Positions 19,706 to 28,414 of a stretch of 64,000 nucleotides of DNA are shown piece by piece. The DNA lies in NCBI GenBank assembly GCA_040771805.1, contig JAXGZJ010000001.1:1113287-1177286 (forward strand). Reading direction: 5' to 3'. The stretch's first letter is position 1. Every line of letters starts with the position of its first letter. The translations under genes were made by a program, and so were the position numbers. The notes beneath the pieces were generated by a model. It did no database searches. It saw only the letters and a list, made by a program, of their open reading frames with translations, and was not told the DNA's origin. This DNA comes from Methanofastidiosum sp. GTDB taxonomy: Archaea > Methanobacteriota_B > Thermococci > Methanofastidiosales > Methanofastidiosaceae.

Positions 19706-20266
19706 TTACTTCATCAAAGCATTAGCTAGTTTCATACCGGCTATTAACATTTCACCCAGATCTTGATTTGAACTATTTTTTTTTGAACTTGCACTCAGTA
19801 ATTGACTTAGAAGATCGTTAGATTGTGATGAGCTTTTGGAAGTACTTGCACTCAGTAATTGACTTAGAAGATCGTTAGATTGTGATGAGCTTTTGGAAGT
19901 ACTTGCACTCAGTAATTGACTTAGAAGATCGTTAGACCGTGTATTTTGATTAGATATTTGCAATCCTGCACTTATTAGCTCATGCAATATATTTTCTTTA
20001 GATACATTGGCCCCAAATTTTTGCATGGCCATTTGGATTCCTATTTTCAATATTTGGGCCAATATAACATCACTCAATGTTTTTGATTGAACTTCTTTTT
20101 GAGTTCGTGCATAAGAAATGGTGTTGGATGAAATATTTTTGATGAGGTCTTCAATACCCATTTGATTCATTATGCCTGCATTATTTGCTGCCTCCATAAT
20201 TGAAGCTATTAGTTTGTCTCCATCAAATTCTTCTTTTTTTCCACTACTTCTAATCACGTATGTCAT
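19706..20266 (-). CDS. ATP-cone domain protein with repetitive Ser-rich C-terminal region
   Basis: The N-terminus VIRSSGKKEEFDGDKLIASIMEAANNAG matches the ATP-cone consensus (V.KRdG..e.Fd..KI). The C-terminal half holds 19-aa repeats SNDLLSQLLSASTSKSSSQ. Confidence 0.65.
   Translation of the reverse strand: MTYVIRSSGKKEEFDGDKLIASIMEAANNAGIMNQMGIEDLIKNISSNTISYARTQKEVQSKTLSDVILAQILKIGIQMAMQKFGANVSKENILHELISAGLQISNQNTRSNDLLSQLLSASTSKSSSQSNDLLSQLLSASTSKSSSQSNDLLSQLLSASSKKNSSNQDLGEMLIAGMKLANALMK
19791..19941. repeat. 57-bp tandem repeat: two perfect copies plus a 37-nt third copy with 2 mismatches, in frame within the ATP-cone gene
   Basis: Copies start at 19791, 19848 and 19905 (unit gcactcagtaattgacttagaagatcgttagattgtgatgagcttttggaagtactt). 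Copies 1 and 2 are identical at every base. Confidence 0.95.
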
Positions 20267-20364
20267 AAGATTAATAATTTAGTATATTAATATAAAACTA
20301 ACTGATTTCATTTGGTATTTTCTAATTATGTTATTATTTTTATATTAAATACAAAACTTTATAA

Positions 20365-20391
20365 GTAACACGAATTTTATTCCAGTAACAC
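20365..20391 (+). promoter_or_regulatory. twin GTAACAC boxes (N13 spacer) in the ABC-operon leader
   Basis: GTAACAC at 20365-20371 and 20385-20391, between a TATA-like element (about 20338-20347) and the GGAGGTG ribosome-binding site. Confidence 0.5.
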
Positions 20392-20408
20392 AATTTGGAG
20401 GTGTATTT

Positions 20409-22001
20409 ATGAATAAAGGTTTAAGTATTGTATTAATGTCCATACTGTGTATTTCCCTCATAGTTGGATGTGTAAATCAAGGCGCACCAGAAAAAACTTC
20501 TACCGCTAATACTATAAAAATAGGAAGCCCAAATACTATTAAAGCTGCAAATTTCTTTGATACAAATTTAGGCGTTTTCTCAAAAATTTCCAATTTGACT
20601 CTAACTAAAATGGATGAGAATGGAAAAATTGTAGGAAACATGGCAATAAAATATGAAGCATCAAGTAATGATAAGATCTGGAAGTTTTATATTAACCCAG
20701 AACTATATTGGAGTGACGGAAAAAAAGTAACTCCGGAGGATGTTAAATTTTCTGTTGAATACTATGCAAATAAAATACCTTATGCAGGTTGGATTAAACA
20801 ACGTCTTAAAACTGTTACAGTAATCCCTGAAGAAAATGCAGTAGAAATTGTATTCACTGAGCCCTATACAAGAACCAATCTAGAATTTACTACTTACAAC
20901 ATTCTTCCAAAACATGTTTGGGAATCAATTCAAGATCCTATGAATTATATTCAAACTGAAAACTATGTGGGATGTGGTCCGTTTTTTATATCTAATGTAA
21001 ATTTAGACTCACAAATAGTAACTCTGAAAAAAAATCCACATTGGAAGGGAAAACAATCTATCGTTGATACAATAGAAATACATATGTATAAGACAAATGA
21101 CGCATTAGCTCTAGATCTTGAAAATGGCGATTTAGATGTCTACTACAAATATGCTGGTAGTTATCCTTACTCTAATATACAAAAACTAATTGATACTGGA
21201 AAATATGATACCATTAAAAAAATGAATGTTGGTTTAATATTCCTTGGAATGAACTTACAGAGACAACCAATGTCTGACGTAAACTTTAGAAACGCAATAT
21301 CCTACGCAATTAATTATGATGAAATAGCTAAAATTGATGCATTAGGGTACGGTACAGCACCAAATAGAGGGTTTGTTCCCCCTACAATGGAATTCTATAA
21401 AGAAACACCTAAATTGGAGTATAATTTAGAAAAAGCTAAGCAATTACTCAATGAAGCTGGCTACAAAGATAGCAATGGAAATGGAATCTTGGAAACTCCT
21501 GACGGAAAAGATATTAAACTAATTATGCTTCTCCGTCCAGAATATGTCCGCTCTGGGGAGCTAGTACAAGATTATCTAAAGAAAGTTGGAATTGAAATTA
21601 CTTTAAAATCTGTCGACTCAAGCACATGGATATCCCTAAAAGACAAATACTATTATGATCTTACAATAACAAGAACAACACCTTGGGGAATGCTAATGCA
21701 TGCACAGTGGGGATCAGGGTACTTTGATTCAAGGAGAACAGGAGAAGGGGTCTTGCACAATCTCAATAATCCAGAATTTCTAAAAATTTGCGATAATATT
21801 TTATCTACAACAGATTCTGGTAAATTGAAAACATATGCATATGATTTACAAGACTACTACTCAGATAATTTACCTGGCATAACCTTATACTGGAACGAGA
21901 ATATAACCCCCTACAGCAAAAAATACAGCGGATGGTATGTAGATCCTTTGTTTGGAATCTACAACACAGAAACTTTCTTAAATCTTCAGAAGGCATCATA
22001 A
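20409..22001 (+). CDS. ABC transporter substrate-binding protein, family 5 (NikA/OppA/DppA class), lipoprotein-like
   Basis: 530 aa. Signal peptide with a Cys (LIVGCVNQG), and size and sequence typical of peptide/nickel SBPs. Confidence 0.8.
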   Translation: MNKGLSIVLMSILCISLIVGCVNQGAPEKTSTANTIKIGSPNTIKAANFFDTNLGVFSKISNLTLTKMDENGKIVGNMAIKYEASSNDKIWKFYINPELYWSDGKKVTPEDVKFSVEYYANKIPYAGWIKQRLKTVTVIPEENAVEIVFTEPYTRTNLEFTTYNILPKHVWESIQDPMNYIQTENYVGCGPFFISNVNLDSQIVTLKKNPHWKGKQSIVDTIEIHMYKTNDALALDLENGDLDVYYKYAGSYPYSNIQKLIDTGKYDTIKKMNVGLIFLGMNLQRQPMSDVNFRNAISYAINYDEIAKIDALGYGTAPNRGFVPPTMEFYKETPKLEYNLEKAKQLLNEAGYKDSNGNGILETPDGKDIKLIMLLRPEYVRSGELVQDYLKKVGIEITLKSVDSSTWISLKDKYYYDLTITRTTPWGMLMHAQWGSGYFDSRRTGEGVLHNLNNPEFLKICDNILSTTDSGKLKTYAYDLQDYYSDNLPGITLYWNENITPYSKKYSGWYVDPLFGIYNTETFLNLQKAS

Positions 22002-22777
22002 TGAATTGGTCGGAAGAGTGGAATAGTTCAATTAAAGAATCAAGCTATCTAAGGATACTAAATGAAAAAGGTATCTCTAACAATGATTTTTGGAAAAATT
22101 TGGACTATTATGATGAGCTCATGAAGTATTCCGGATATCCTGGAAAAGTTTTAGACAGGATATCTACTTTTATTTTTTCTGATGATGTATTACTTGATGT
22201 TGGGTCTGGAACTGGTGCACTTGCGTTACCTCTTTCTAAAAAAGCTAATAAATTGATAGCTTTAGATCCTTCTTCATATCAACTTAATATTTTAAAATCC
22301 AAAGCAGAAGCCGATAAATGTGATAATATTGTGTATATAGAGAAAGAATGGAAAAAGGTGTCTGAAGACGAAATTGGACATGTAGATTACTCTCTTGCCG
22401 CATATAGCTTCTTTGAAGATGATATTTGCCCTTTTCTTGAAAAATTAATACATGTGGCTAAAAAAGGTGTTTTTTTAGTTTTTAGAGCAGGGAGAGGTGA
22501 CCTTTTAAGAGAATATGCATATAATAAAAAAAACTCAGTAGATTATTTACATCTTTACAATATACTATCCGAAATGGGGTATATGTTTAATGTAGAGATT
22601 TTTAATTTTGACTATAAACTTCCTTTACCTTTTGTGTATAGGTTGTATCCATACTCAATTAAAACAGAAGATGAAATATTTAACTATTTAGATGAAAATA
22701 ATAGGCTAGTAAAAAAACAAAATTCGTATGAAGTTCTTTGCCAAAGAAAAGATGCTTTGCTATATTTGATAAAATAA
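22001..22777 (+). CDS. class I SAM-dependent methyltransferase
   Basis: Motif I VLLDVGSGTGALALPLS, followed by LIALDPS (acidic residue of motif II). ATG overlaps the SBP stop (TAATG). The ORF-track start at 21932 lies inside the SBP gene. Confidence 0.75.
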   Translation: MNWSEEWNSSIKESSYLRILNEKGISNNDFWKNLDYYDELMKYSGYPGKVLDRISTFIFSDDVLLDVGSGTGALALPLSKKANKLIALDPSSYQLNILKSKAEADKCDNIVYIEKEWKKVSEDEIGHVDYSLAAYSFFEDDICPFLEKLIHVAKKGVFLVFRAGRGDLLREYAYNKKNSVDYLHLYNILSEMGYMFNVEIFNFDYKLPLPFVYRLYPYSIKTEDEIFNYLDENNRLVKKQNSYEVLCQRKDALLYLIK

Positions 22778-22794
22778 ATTCACAAAGGGATTAT

Positions 22795-23742
22795 ATGAAA
22801 ATACACTCAAAAAAAATAGCACGTTACTCAATTGCCTTGTTTGTCATTTTTTCTTTAAATTTCATTATACCTAGACTAATGCCTGGAGATCCCATCACAA
22901 ATCTTTTAGGTGAAGATTATGTCATGACTGAAGAATCATTGCAAGAATTGAGAGAAAAAATGGGACTTGATGAATCCCTTCCAATACAATACCTTAATTA
23001 CTGGAATGGTGTATTTAGATTTGACTTTGGATATTCTTATCATTTTAAAGGACCAGTGTCTTCTATCATTCTTTCGAGAATGAAGTGGACATTAATGTTA
23101 CTTATACCTTCAATATTGTTTAGTGCAATACTGGGCTCTTTAATGGGTTCGTTATCCGGACAAAAATCTTCTTCAAATTCTTTTAAAGCGCTTACATTAA
23201 TAGAATTGGCTTTCTATTCAACACCTACTTTTTTCTTATCACTCATATTTTTGTATATATTTTCCTTTAAATTAGGATTATTTCCGATTAAAGGATTTTA
23301 TTACTCTGGCGGCATCTTTGATATATTACACCACTTTTTCCTTCCAATAAGTATAATGACTATATTTCTTACTTCAAGAAATTACATGATTATGAGAGGT
23401 AGTGTAATTCAAGAAAAATCTAAACTATATGTAGTTTACGCAAAAGCAAAAGGATTGTCTGATAGGCAAGTTTTATTTAAACATATTTTTAAGAATGCAT
23501 CTTTACCGCTTTTAACTCTACTTGCCCTTGATTTTGGATTCATTTTAAGCGGTGCATTGTTTATTGAGATAATTTTCTCAATGAATGGGATGGGGAATCT
23601 TATTTATGAAGCGTTACTTTCAAGGGATTATCCAGTTCTATATGGTTCTTTTATGATTATTAGCATAATGGCAGTTTTAGCGAATGCTTTTGTTGATTTT
23701 TTGTATGGCATAATTGATCCAAGGATAAGTGATTCTATATGA
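22795..23742 (+). CDS. ABC transporter permease (NikB/OppB/DppB-like)
   Basis: N-terminal IPRLMPGDPI motif typical of the family, 6 TM segments and an EAA-like loop. Start taken at MKIHSKK. Confidence 0.85.
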   Translation: MKIHSKKIARYSIALFVIFSLNFIIPRLMPGDPITNLLGEDYVMTEESLQELREKMGLDESLPIQYLNYWNGVFRFDFGYSYHFKGPVSSIILSRMKWTLMLLIPSILFSAILGSLMGSLSGQKSSSNSFKALTLIELAFYSTPTFFLSLIFLYIFSFKLGLFPIKGFYYSGGIFDILHHFFLPISIMTIFLTSRNYMIMRGSVIQEKSKLYVVYAKAKGLSDRQVLFKHIFKNASLPLLTLLALDFGFILSGALFIEIIFSMNGMGNLIYEALLSRDYPVLYGSFMIISIMAVLANAFVDFLYGIIDPRISDSI

Positions 23743-24587
23743 CTCACCATATAGAAGAGCTTAAGAAGCTTGCAATTTCTAAGCTCAATCTTAATTCAAT
23801 TGGCATTATAATTTTCTTACTTTTCCTTTTGATAGCTATTGCGGCAGGAATAATTTCACCTTATAATCCTTGGCAAAGATTTGAGCCATATACCCGGCCC
23901 AACAGTTCTCATTTTCTAGGAACAAATGATATGGGTAATGACATTCTATCTGAATTGCTATTTGGGGCGAGAGTAAGTTTAATAGTTGGATTTGGTGCAT
24001 CTATAATTGCTACTATATTAGGTGTAACTGTTGGAATTGTATCTGGTTATTATCGCGGTATGATGGATGAGATTCTTATGGCCATTACAGACATATACTT
24101 AATGATCCCAAGAATACCGCTTATAATAATCCTTGCAGCATTAATGAGGCCAAACTTTTGGTTAATAATGTTACTAATAGGATTTTTGTGGTGGCCTACA
24201 ACGGCAAGAGTTGTAAGATCTTCAACTATGCAAATAAGAGATACCTCTTTTATTTTGAGTGCAAAATCTTTAGGTTTTAGCGATAAACATATCATTTTAT
24301 CTGAGATTTTACCAAATATAAATCATGTTATTATCCCAAAGTTTATGTTGACTATAGCATCTGCAATGTTTTCGGAGGCATCAATATCCTTTTTAGGACT
24401 AGGCGATCCTACTATGAAGAGTTGGGGCATGATGCTTAACTTTGCATTTATGAAGGGGGGCCTTATCAACGAAATGTGGTGGTGGTATTTACCACCCGGA
24501 TTGTGTATCGTTGCAGTTGTTTTTTCGCTTATGTTAATAGGATTCTCACTTGAGGAGAAAGAGAACATAATGTTGGGGCTTGAGTGA
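23739..24587 (+). CDS. ABC transporter permease (NikC/OppC/DppC-like)
   Basis: HFLGTNDMGNDILSELLFGARVSL motif. The start overlaps the upstream stop (ATGA). Confidence 0.85.
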   Translation: MTHHIEELKKLAISKLNLNSIGIIIFLLFLLIAIAAGIISPYNPWQRFEPYTRPNSSHFLGTNDMGNDILSELLFGARVSLIVGFGASIIATILGVTVGIVSGYYRGMMDEILMAITDIYLMIPRIPLIIILAALMRPNFWLIMLLIGFLWWPTTARVVRSSTMQIRDTSFILSAKSLGFSDKHIILSEILPNINHVIIPKFMLTIASAMFSEASISFLGLGDPTMKSWGMMLNFAFMKGGLINEMWWWYLPPGLCIVAVVFSLMLIGFSLEEKENIMLGLE

Positions 24588-24591
24588 TAAG

Positions 24592-25530
24592 ATGGAAATA
24601 CTAGAGATTCAAGATTTAAATGTTAAATTCACTACCCCAATTGGAGAAGTTTATGCAGTAAACAATGCTTCATTTACTCTAAATACTAATGAAACTCTTG
24701 CTTTGGTTGGTGAAACAGGATGCGGTAAATCAGTCATTGCAAATACTATAATGAGACTATTGCCTCAAAATGCAGAGATCTCTGGAAATATATTTTATAA
24801 AGGAAATAATTTATTAAAAATATCTGATCGTGAAATGGAAAAAACAAGACAGCAAGAAATAGCCATAATATTCCAAAATCCTACTTTGTCATTAAATCCT
24901 TTATATAAAATTGGTGATCAGATTTCAGAACCTTTATTTGTACACAAAAAAATAAGTAAAAAGGAAGCGTTCAATAAAACAACAAAACTGCTAAAAACAA
25001 TGGGATTTCAAAACCCTTCAAAATCTTATGAAATGTATCCACACCAACTATCGGGTGGCATGAATCAAAGGGTCATTCTTTCTATTTCTTTGACATTAAA
25101 TCCTTCGATCATTATTGCAGATGAACCAACAAAGGGTCTTGATAATGAACTTGTTAAGGATATAGTTGAGGAATTTAAAACTGTAAATAAAATTAATAAC
25201 TCTTCTCTTCTTCTAATAACCCACGATCTATCCCTTGCAAGAGAATTATCTGATAGAATTATTATTATGTATTCAGGAGATATAGTTGAAATTACGAAAA
25301 CAGAGTCTTTTTTTAAAAATCCTCTTCACCCATACTCAAAGATTCTTTTAAACAGTTTACCTGAAAGAGGCTTTAATCCTCCAAAAGGCAATTCTCCCTC
25401 CATGGTTAATATACCAAAGGGCTGTAAATTTCATCCAAGGTGTCCACATAAAAAGAAAATATGCAGTGAAAAAATTCCTCCCATTTATTCTATTGATGGA
25501 GGGAATGTGAGGTGTTACTTATTTCAGTAA
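24592..25530 (+). CDS. ABC transporter ATP-binding protein (NikD/OppD-like)
   Basis: Walker A GETGCGKS, signature LSGGMNQR, Walker B IIIADEPT, and a C-terminal Cys-rich oligopeptide-type extension. The alternative TTG start at 24580 overlaps the permease. Confidence 0.85.
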   Translation: MEILEIQDLNVKFTTPIGEVYAVNNASFTLNTNETLALVGETGCGKSVIANTIMRLLPQNAEISGNIFYKGNNLLKISDREMEKTRQQEIAIIFQNPTLSLNPLYKIGDQISEPLFVHKKISKKEAFNKTTKLLKTMGFQNPSKSYEMYPHQLSGGMNQRVILSISLTLNPSIIIADEPTKGLDNELVKDIVEEFKTVNKINNSSLLLITHDLSLARELSDRIIIMYSGDIVEITKTESFFKNPLHPYSKILLNSLPERGFNPPKGNSPSMVNIPKGCKFHPRCPHKKKICSEKIPPIYSIDGGNVRCYLFQ

Positions 25531-26270
25531 TCGTTGATTGTGTTTCAAAATCCTATTCTTCAGGATTATTTTCTAAAAGATATGATAAAATTCTTTCAGA
25601 TATATCTTTAGAAATTACAAAGAGAAAAACAGTTGGACTAATTGGCCCTTCTGGAGTAGGAAAAACAACTCTTGCAAAAATAATTATGGGATTGGAAAAT
25701 CCGACTTCGGGTAAAATTTTAATAGATGGAACTGATATATGGAATGCTCCTTCAGAGGAGAGGGATACCTCCTTGAAAAAAATTAAAATGGTTTTCCAAG
25801 ACTCTCAAGGTTCTTTAAATCCAAAAAAAACTATAAAGCAGTCTCTTTATGATACAGTAAATCTTATGGGATTGGACGCATCTACAAGAGAATCTTTGGT
25901 ACTTGAATTACTTGATAGAGTAGGACTTTCTTCCGATATTTTTTGTAGGTATCCACACCAAATTTCTGGTGGGCAAAATCAAAGAGTGGCTCTTGCTAGA
26001 ATATTGTTAGTAAAACCAGAATATGTTATTTTGGATGAACCGACTTCGGCTCTTGACATTGCAGTCCAGGCCCAGATACTTGAACTTTTGAATAATCTAC
26101 AAAAAGAAAATAATTTTGGATATCTTTTGATATCACATAATATACCTTTAATTGATTTTATGTCCGATGAGATAGTCGTTTTAGATAAGGGATCAATTAT
26201 TTTCCGAGGGGAAACGAAAGAATTCACTGAGTTCAACTCTTTAAAAAATAAAAATAGTTTTAAAGTTTAA
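25512..26270 (+). CDS. ABC transporter ATP-binding protein (NikE/OppF-like)
   Basis: Walker A GPSGVGKTT, signature ISGGQNQR, Walker B VILDEPTS; GTG start. Confidence 0.85.
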   Translation: MLLISVIVDCVSKSYSSGLFSKRYDKILSDISLEITKRKTVGLIGPSGVGKTTLAKIIMGLENPTSGKILIDGTDIWNAPSEERDTSLKKIKMVFQDSQGSLNPKKTIKQSLYDTVNLMGLDASTRESLVLELLDRVGLSSDIFCRYPHQISGGQNQRVALARILLVKPEYVILDEPTSALDIAVQAQILELLNNLQKENNFGYLLISHNIPLIDFMSDEIVVLDKGSIIFRGETKEFTEFNSLKNKNSFKV

Positions 26271-26354
26271 AATTAGTCATAGCCACCATATATTCTATTT
26301 TTTATTAGAGAAACTTATATACGGATTAAAAACTAATTAATTGAGAGTGAGAGT

Positions 26355-27674
26355 ATGGAAAGAGAGGTGTGGAATAGTAAAATAGGTTTCTTGTTGGCTG
26401 CCACAGGTTCTGCTATGGGATTAGGAAACATCTGGCGTTTTCCCTACATTACAGGAGCAAATGGTGGTGCAGCTTTTGTTTTAGTATATTTTATTATAAT
26501 ATTTTTTATAGGGGTACCAGTAATGCTAGCAGAATTTGCAGTCGGCAGATCTTCAAAACTTAATACAGTAGGCGCCTTTAAAAAACTTAAAGGAGGGAAA
26601 TGGCCACTTGTAGGGTGGATAGGTATCGTTGCAGGATTTATTATTTTATCCTACTACTCTGTAATTGCTGGATGGACAATTAAGTACTTCATAAGTTCAT
26701 TTACAGGATTGATTTCGCCCAACGTGGATACAACTACGTACTTTAATCAATTCATTTCAAATGGATTACAAAATATTTTCTTTCAAGCTATTTTTATTTT
26801 AGTTACCATTTATGTTGTTTACTTAGGTGTTGAAAAAGGAATTGAAACTTGGTCTAAAATTTTAATGCCGATACTTATTTTGATTCTTATGTTATTAGTC
26901 ATTCGAGGAGTGTCATTACCCGGCGCACCAGACGGAATTAGATTTTACTTAAATCCTAACTTTTCAGAAGTAACTGGAGGAACTATTTTGGCAGCTTTAG
27001 GCCAAGCATTTTTTTCACTTTCCTTAGGCATGGGCGCAATGATTACTTATGGGAGTTATATACCAAAAGAAATATCATTGCCTAAATCTGCATTTATCAT
27101 TACCTTTCTTGATATGTTACTTGCACTTTTAGCAGGATTTGTAATATTCCCTACAGCTTTTACCTTTGGAATTGAGCCTGGAGCCGGAACAGGACTTATC
27201 TTTATTACTTTACCTTCAATATTTGCGCTAATGCCTTTGGGATATATTTGGTCTGCTTTATTTTTTTTATTACTGTTCATTGCTGCACTTACCTCAGCCA
27301 TAGGATTACTAGAAGTATCTGTGGCCTATGTGAAAGATGAAAGAAAATGGTCGAGAAAAAAAGCAGCGTTAGTTTTAGGAACTATGGCTTTTATTTTAGG
27401 GATTCCTTCGGCTTTGTCAAACGGAGCAATCTCTCTTAATTTATTTGAGATGTCATTCTTAGATGCAATGGATTATTTGTCCTCTAATATACTTCTTCCA
27501 CTTGGAGGAATATTTGTAACTTTGTTTGTAGGATGGATTATTAAGGATACAGCCCTCAAGGAGATAAATATAGAAGGAAAATTCAAATTGGAAAAGCATT
27601 GGATATGGATATGCAGAACTATCGCACCAATTTCAATATTCTTAATATTTTTAGCAGGAATAGGGATTTTATAA
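26355..27674 (+). CDS. sodium-dependent transporter, SNF (neurotransmitter:sodium symporter) family
   Basis: GSAMGLGNIWRFPY signature, about 11-12 TM segments, 439 aa. Confidence 0.85.
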   Translation: MEREVWNSKIGFLLAATGSAMGLGNIWRFPYITGANGGAAFVLVYFIIIFFIGVPVMLAEFAVGRSSKLNTVGAFKKLKGGKWPLVGWIGIVAGFIILSYYSVIAGWTIKYFISSFTGLISPNVDTTTYFNQFISNGLQNIFFQAIFILVTIYVVYLGVEKGIETWSKILMPILILILMLLVIRGVSLPGAPDGIRFYLNPNFSEVTGGTILAALGQAFFSLSLGMGAMITYGSYIPKEISLPKSAFIITFLDMLLALLAGFVIFPTAFTFGIEPGAGTGLIFITLPSIFALMPLGYIWSALFFLLLFIAALTSAIGLLEVSVAYVKDERKWSRKKAALVLGTMAFILGIPSALSNGAISLNLFEMSFLDAMDYLSSNILLPLGGIFVTLFVGWIIKDTALKEINIEGKFKLEKHWIWICRTIAPISIFLIFLAGIGIL

Positions 27675-27746
27675 CGTTTTAATGTATAAATTTCAATACA
27701 CAAGATATTAACAGAAGTTTATGTTAATTTATCTAATGTGGAGTAC

Positions 27747-27857
27747 ATGACTGATTGCATTAATTATCCATTTAAAAAAGAAAATAGGGACACGGGTATT
27801 ATACCTACTTTAGGCCCACATAGACACGGTACCTTTGGAAAAGCATTTATAAGATAG
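27747..27857 (+). CDS. possible small ORF (36 aa, MTDCINYPFKKENRDTGIIPTLGPHRHGTFGKAFIR)
   Basis: ATG with GGAG 5 nt upstream. Ends at a TAG 6 nt before the sirC-like start. No homology recognised. Confidence 0.25.
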   Translation: MTDCINYPFKKENRDTGIIPTLGPHRHGTFGKAFIR

Positions 27858-27862
27858 TTGCA

Positions 27863-28414
27863 ATGCTTGTTCGTGATAAATTGTATTTCCCAATAATTCT
27901 TAACACAAATAAGGAAATCCTAATAATAGGGGGAGGTAATGTAGCATTAAGAAAAACAAAAAAACTTCTTGAATTTACAGAAAACATTAGAGTTGTATCC
28001 TCAGAATTCCATAATGACTTTGAGAATTTAAACGTCAAAAAAATAAAAATGGAAGTTAGCGAAAACAATTTTAGAGATTTATTGACTGATGAAGTTAGCT
28101 TCGTGATAATGTCACTAAATAATAAAGAGCTCAATAGAAGATTATCTAACATTTGTAAAAATTATAGGATTCTTGTAAACGTTGTTGATGATAAAGATTT
28201 ATCAGATATTATTTTCCCTGCAATTATTGAAAAAGAGAACTTGTTACTGGCAATATCCACCAAAGGAGAGTGCCCTTATTACTCCAAAAGACTTAAAGAA
28301 GAACTCATTGAATTTATTAGTAGTAAGGGCAGAGAAGCAAAATTATTAATTGATGCTAGAAAAAATAATAATTCCATGGAAAGAACATATGAAAAAATAA
28401 AAAGAGGATTATAG
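27863..28414 (+). CDS. sirC: precorrin-2 dehydrogenase / siroheme-synthase N-terminal-domain protein
   Basis: NAD-binding ILIIGGGNVALRKTKKLLE at the N-terminus; 183 aa. Sits directly upstream of hemA. Confidence 0.7.
   Translation: MLVRDKLYFPIILNTNKEILIIGGGNVALRKTKKLLEFTENIRVVSSEFHNDFENLNVKKIKMEVSENNFRDLLTDEVSFVIMSLNNKELNRRLSNICKNYRILVNVVDDKDLSDIIFPAIIEKENLLLAISTKGECPYYSKRLKEELIEFISSKGREAKLLIDARKNNNSMERTYEKIKRGL

Noticed and set aside
19791-19941. Considered whether the 57-bp perfect repeats could be a mini CRISPR array or a mobile-element terminus.
   Set aside because: The repeats are directly tandem with no spacers, are a multiple of 3, and lie in frame within a continuous 186-aa ORF. No cas or transposase genes are nearby.
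21932-22000. ORF-track starts that extend the methyltransferase (21932) and the first permease (22738) into the preceding genes.
   Set aside because: Internal ATGs at 22001 (TAATG overlap with the SBP stop) and 22795 give products that begin where family homology begins. The extensions overlap well-supported coding sequence in another frame.
25512-25535. GTGTTAC (the reverse complement of the GTAACAC box) at the nikD/nikE-like gene junction.
   Set aside because: It is a single copy inside overlapping coding sequence with no partner box at 13-14 nt. This is consistent with chance occurrence.
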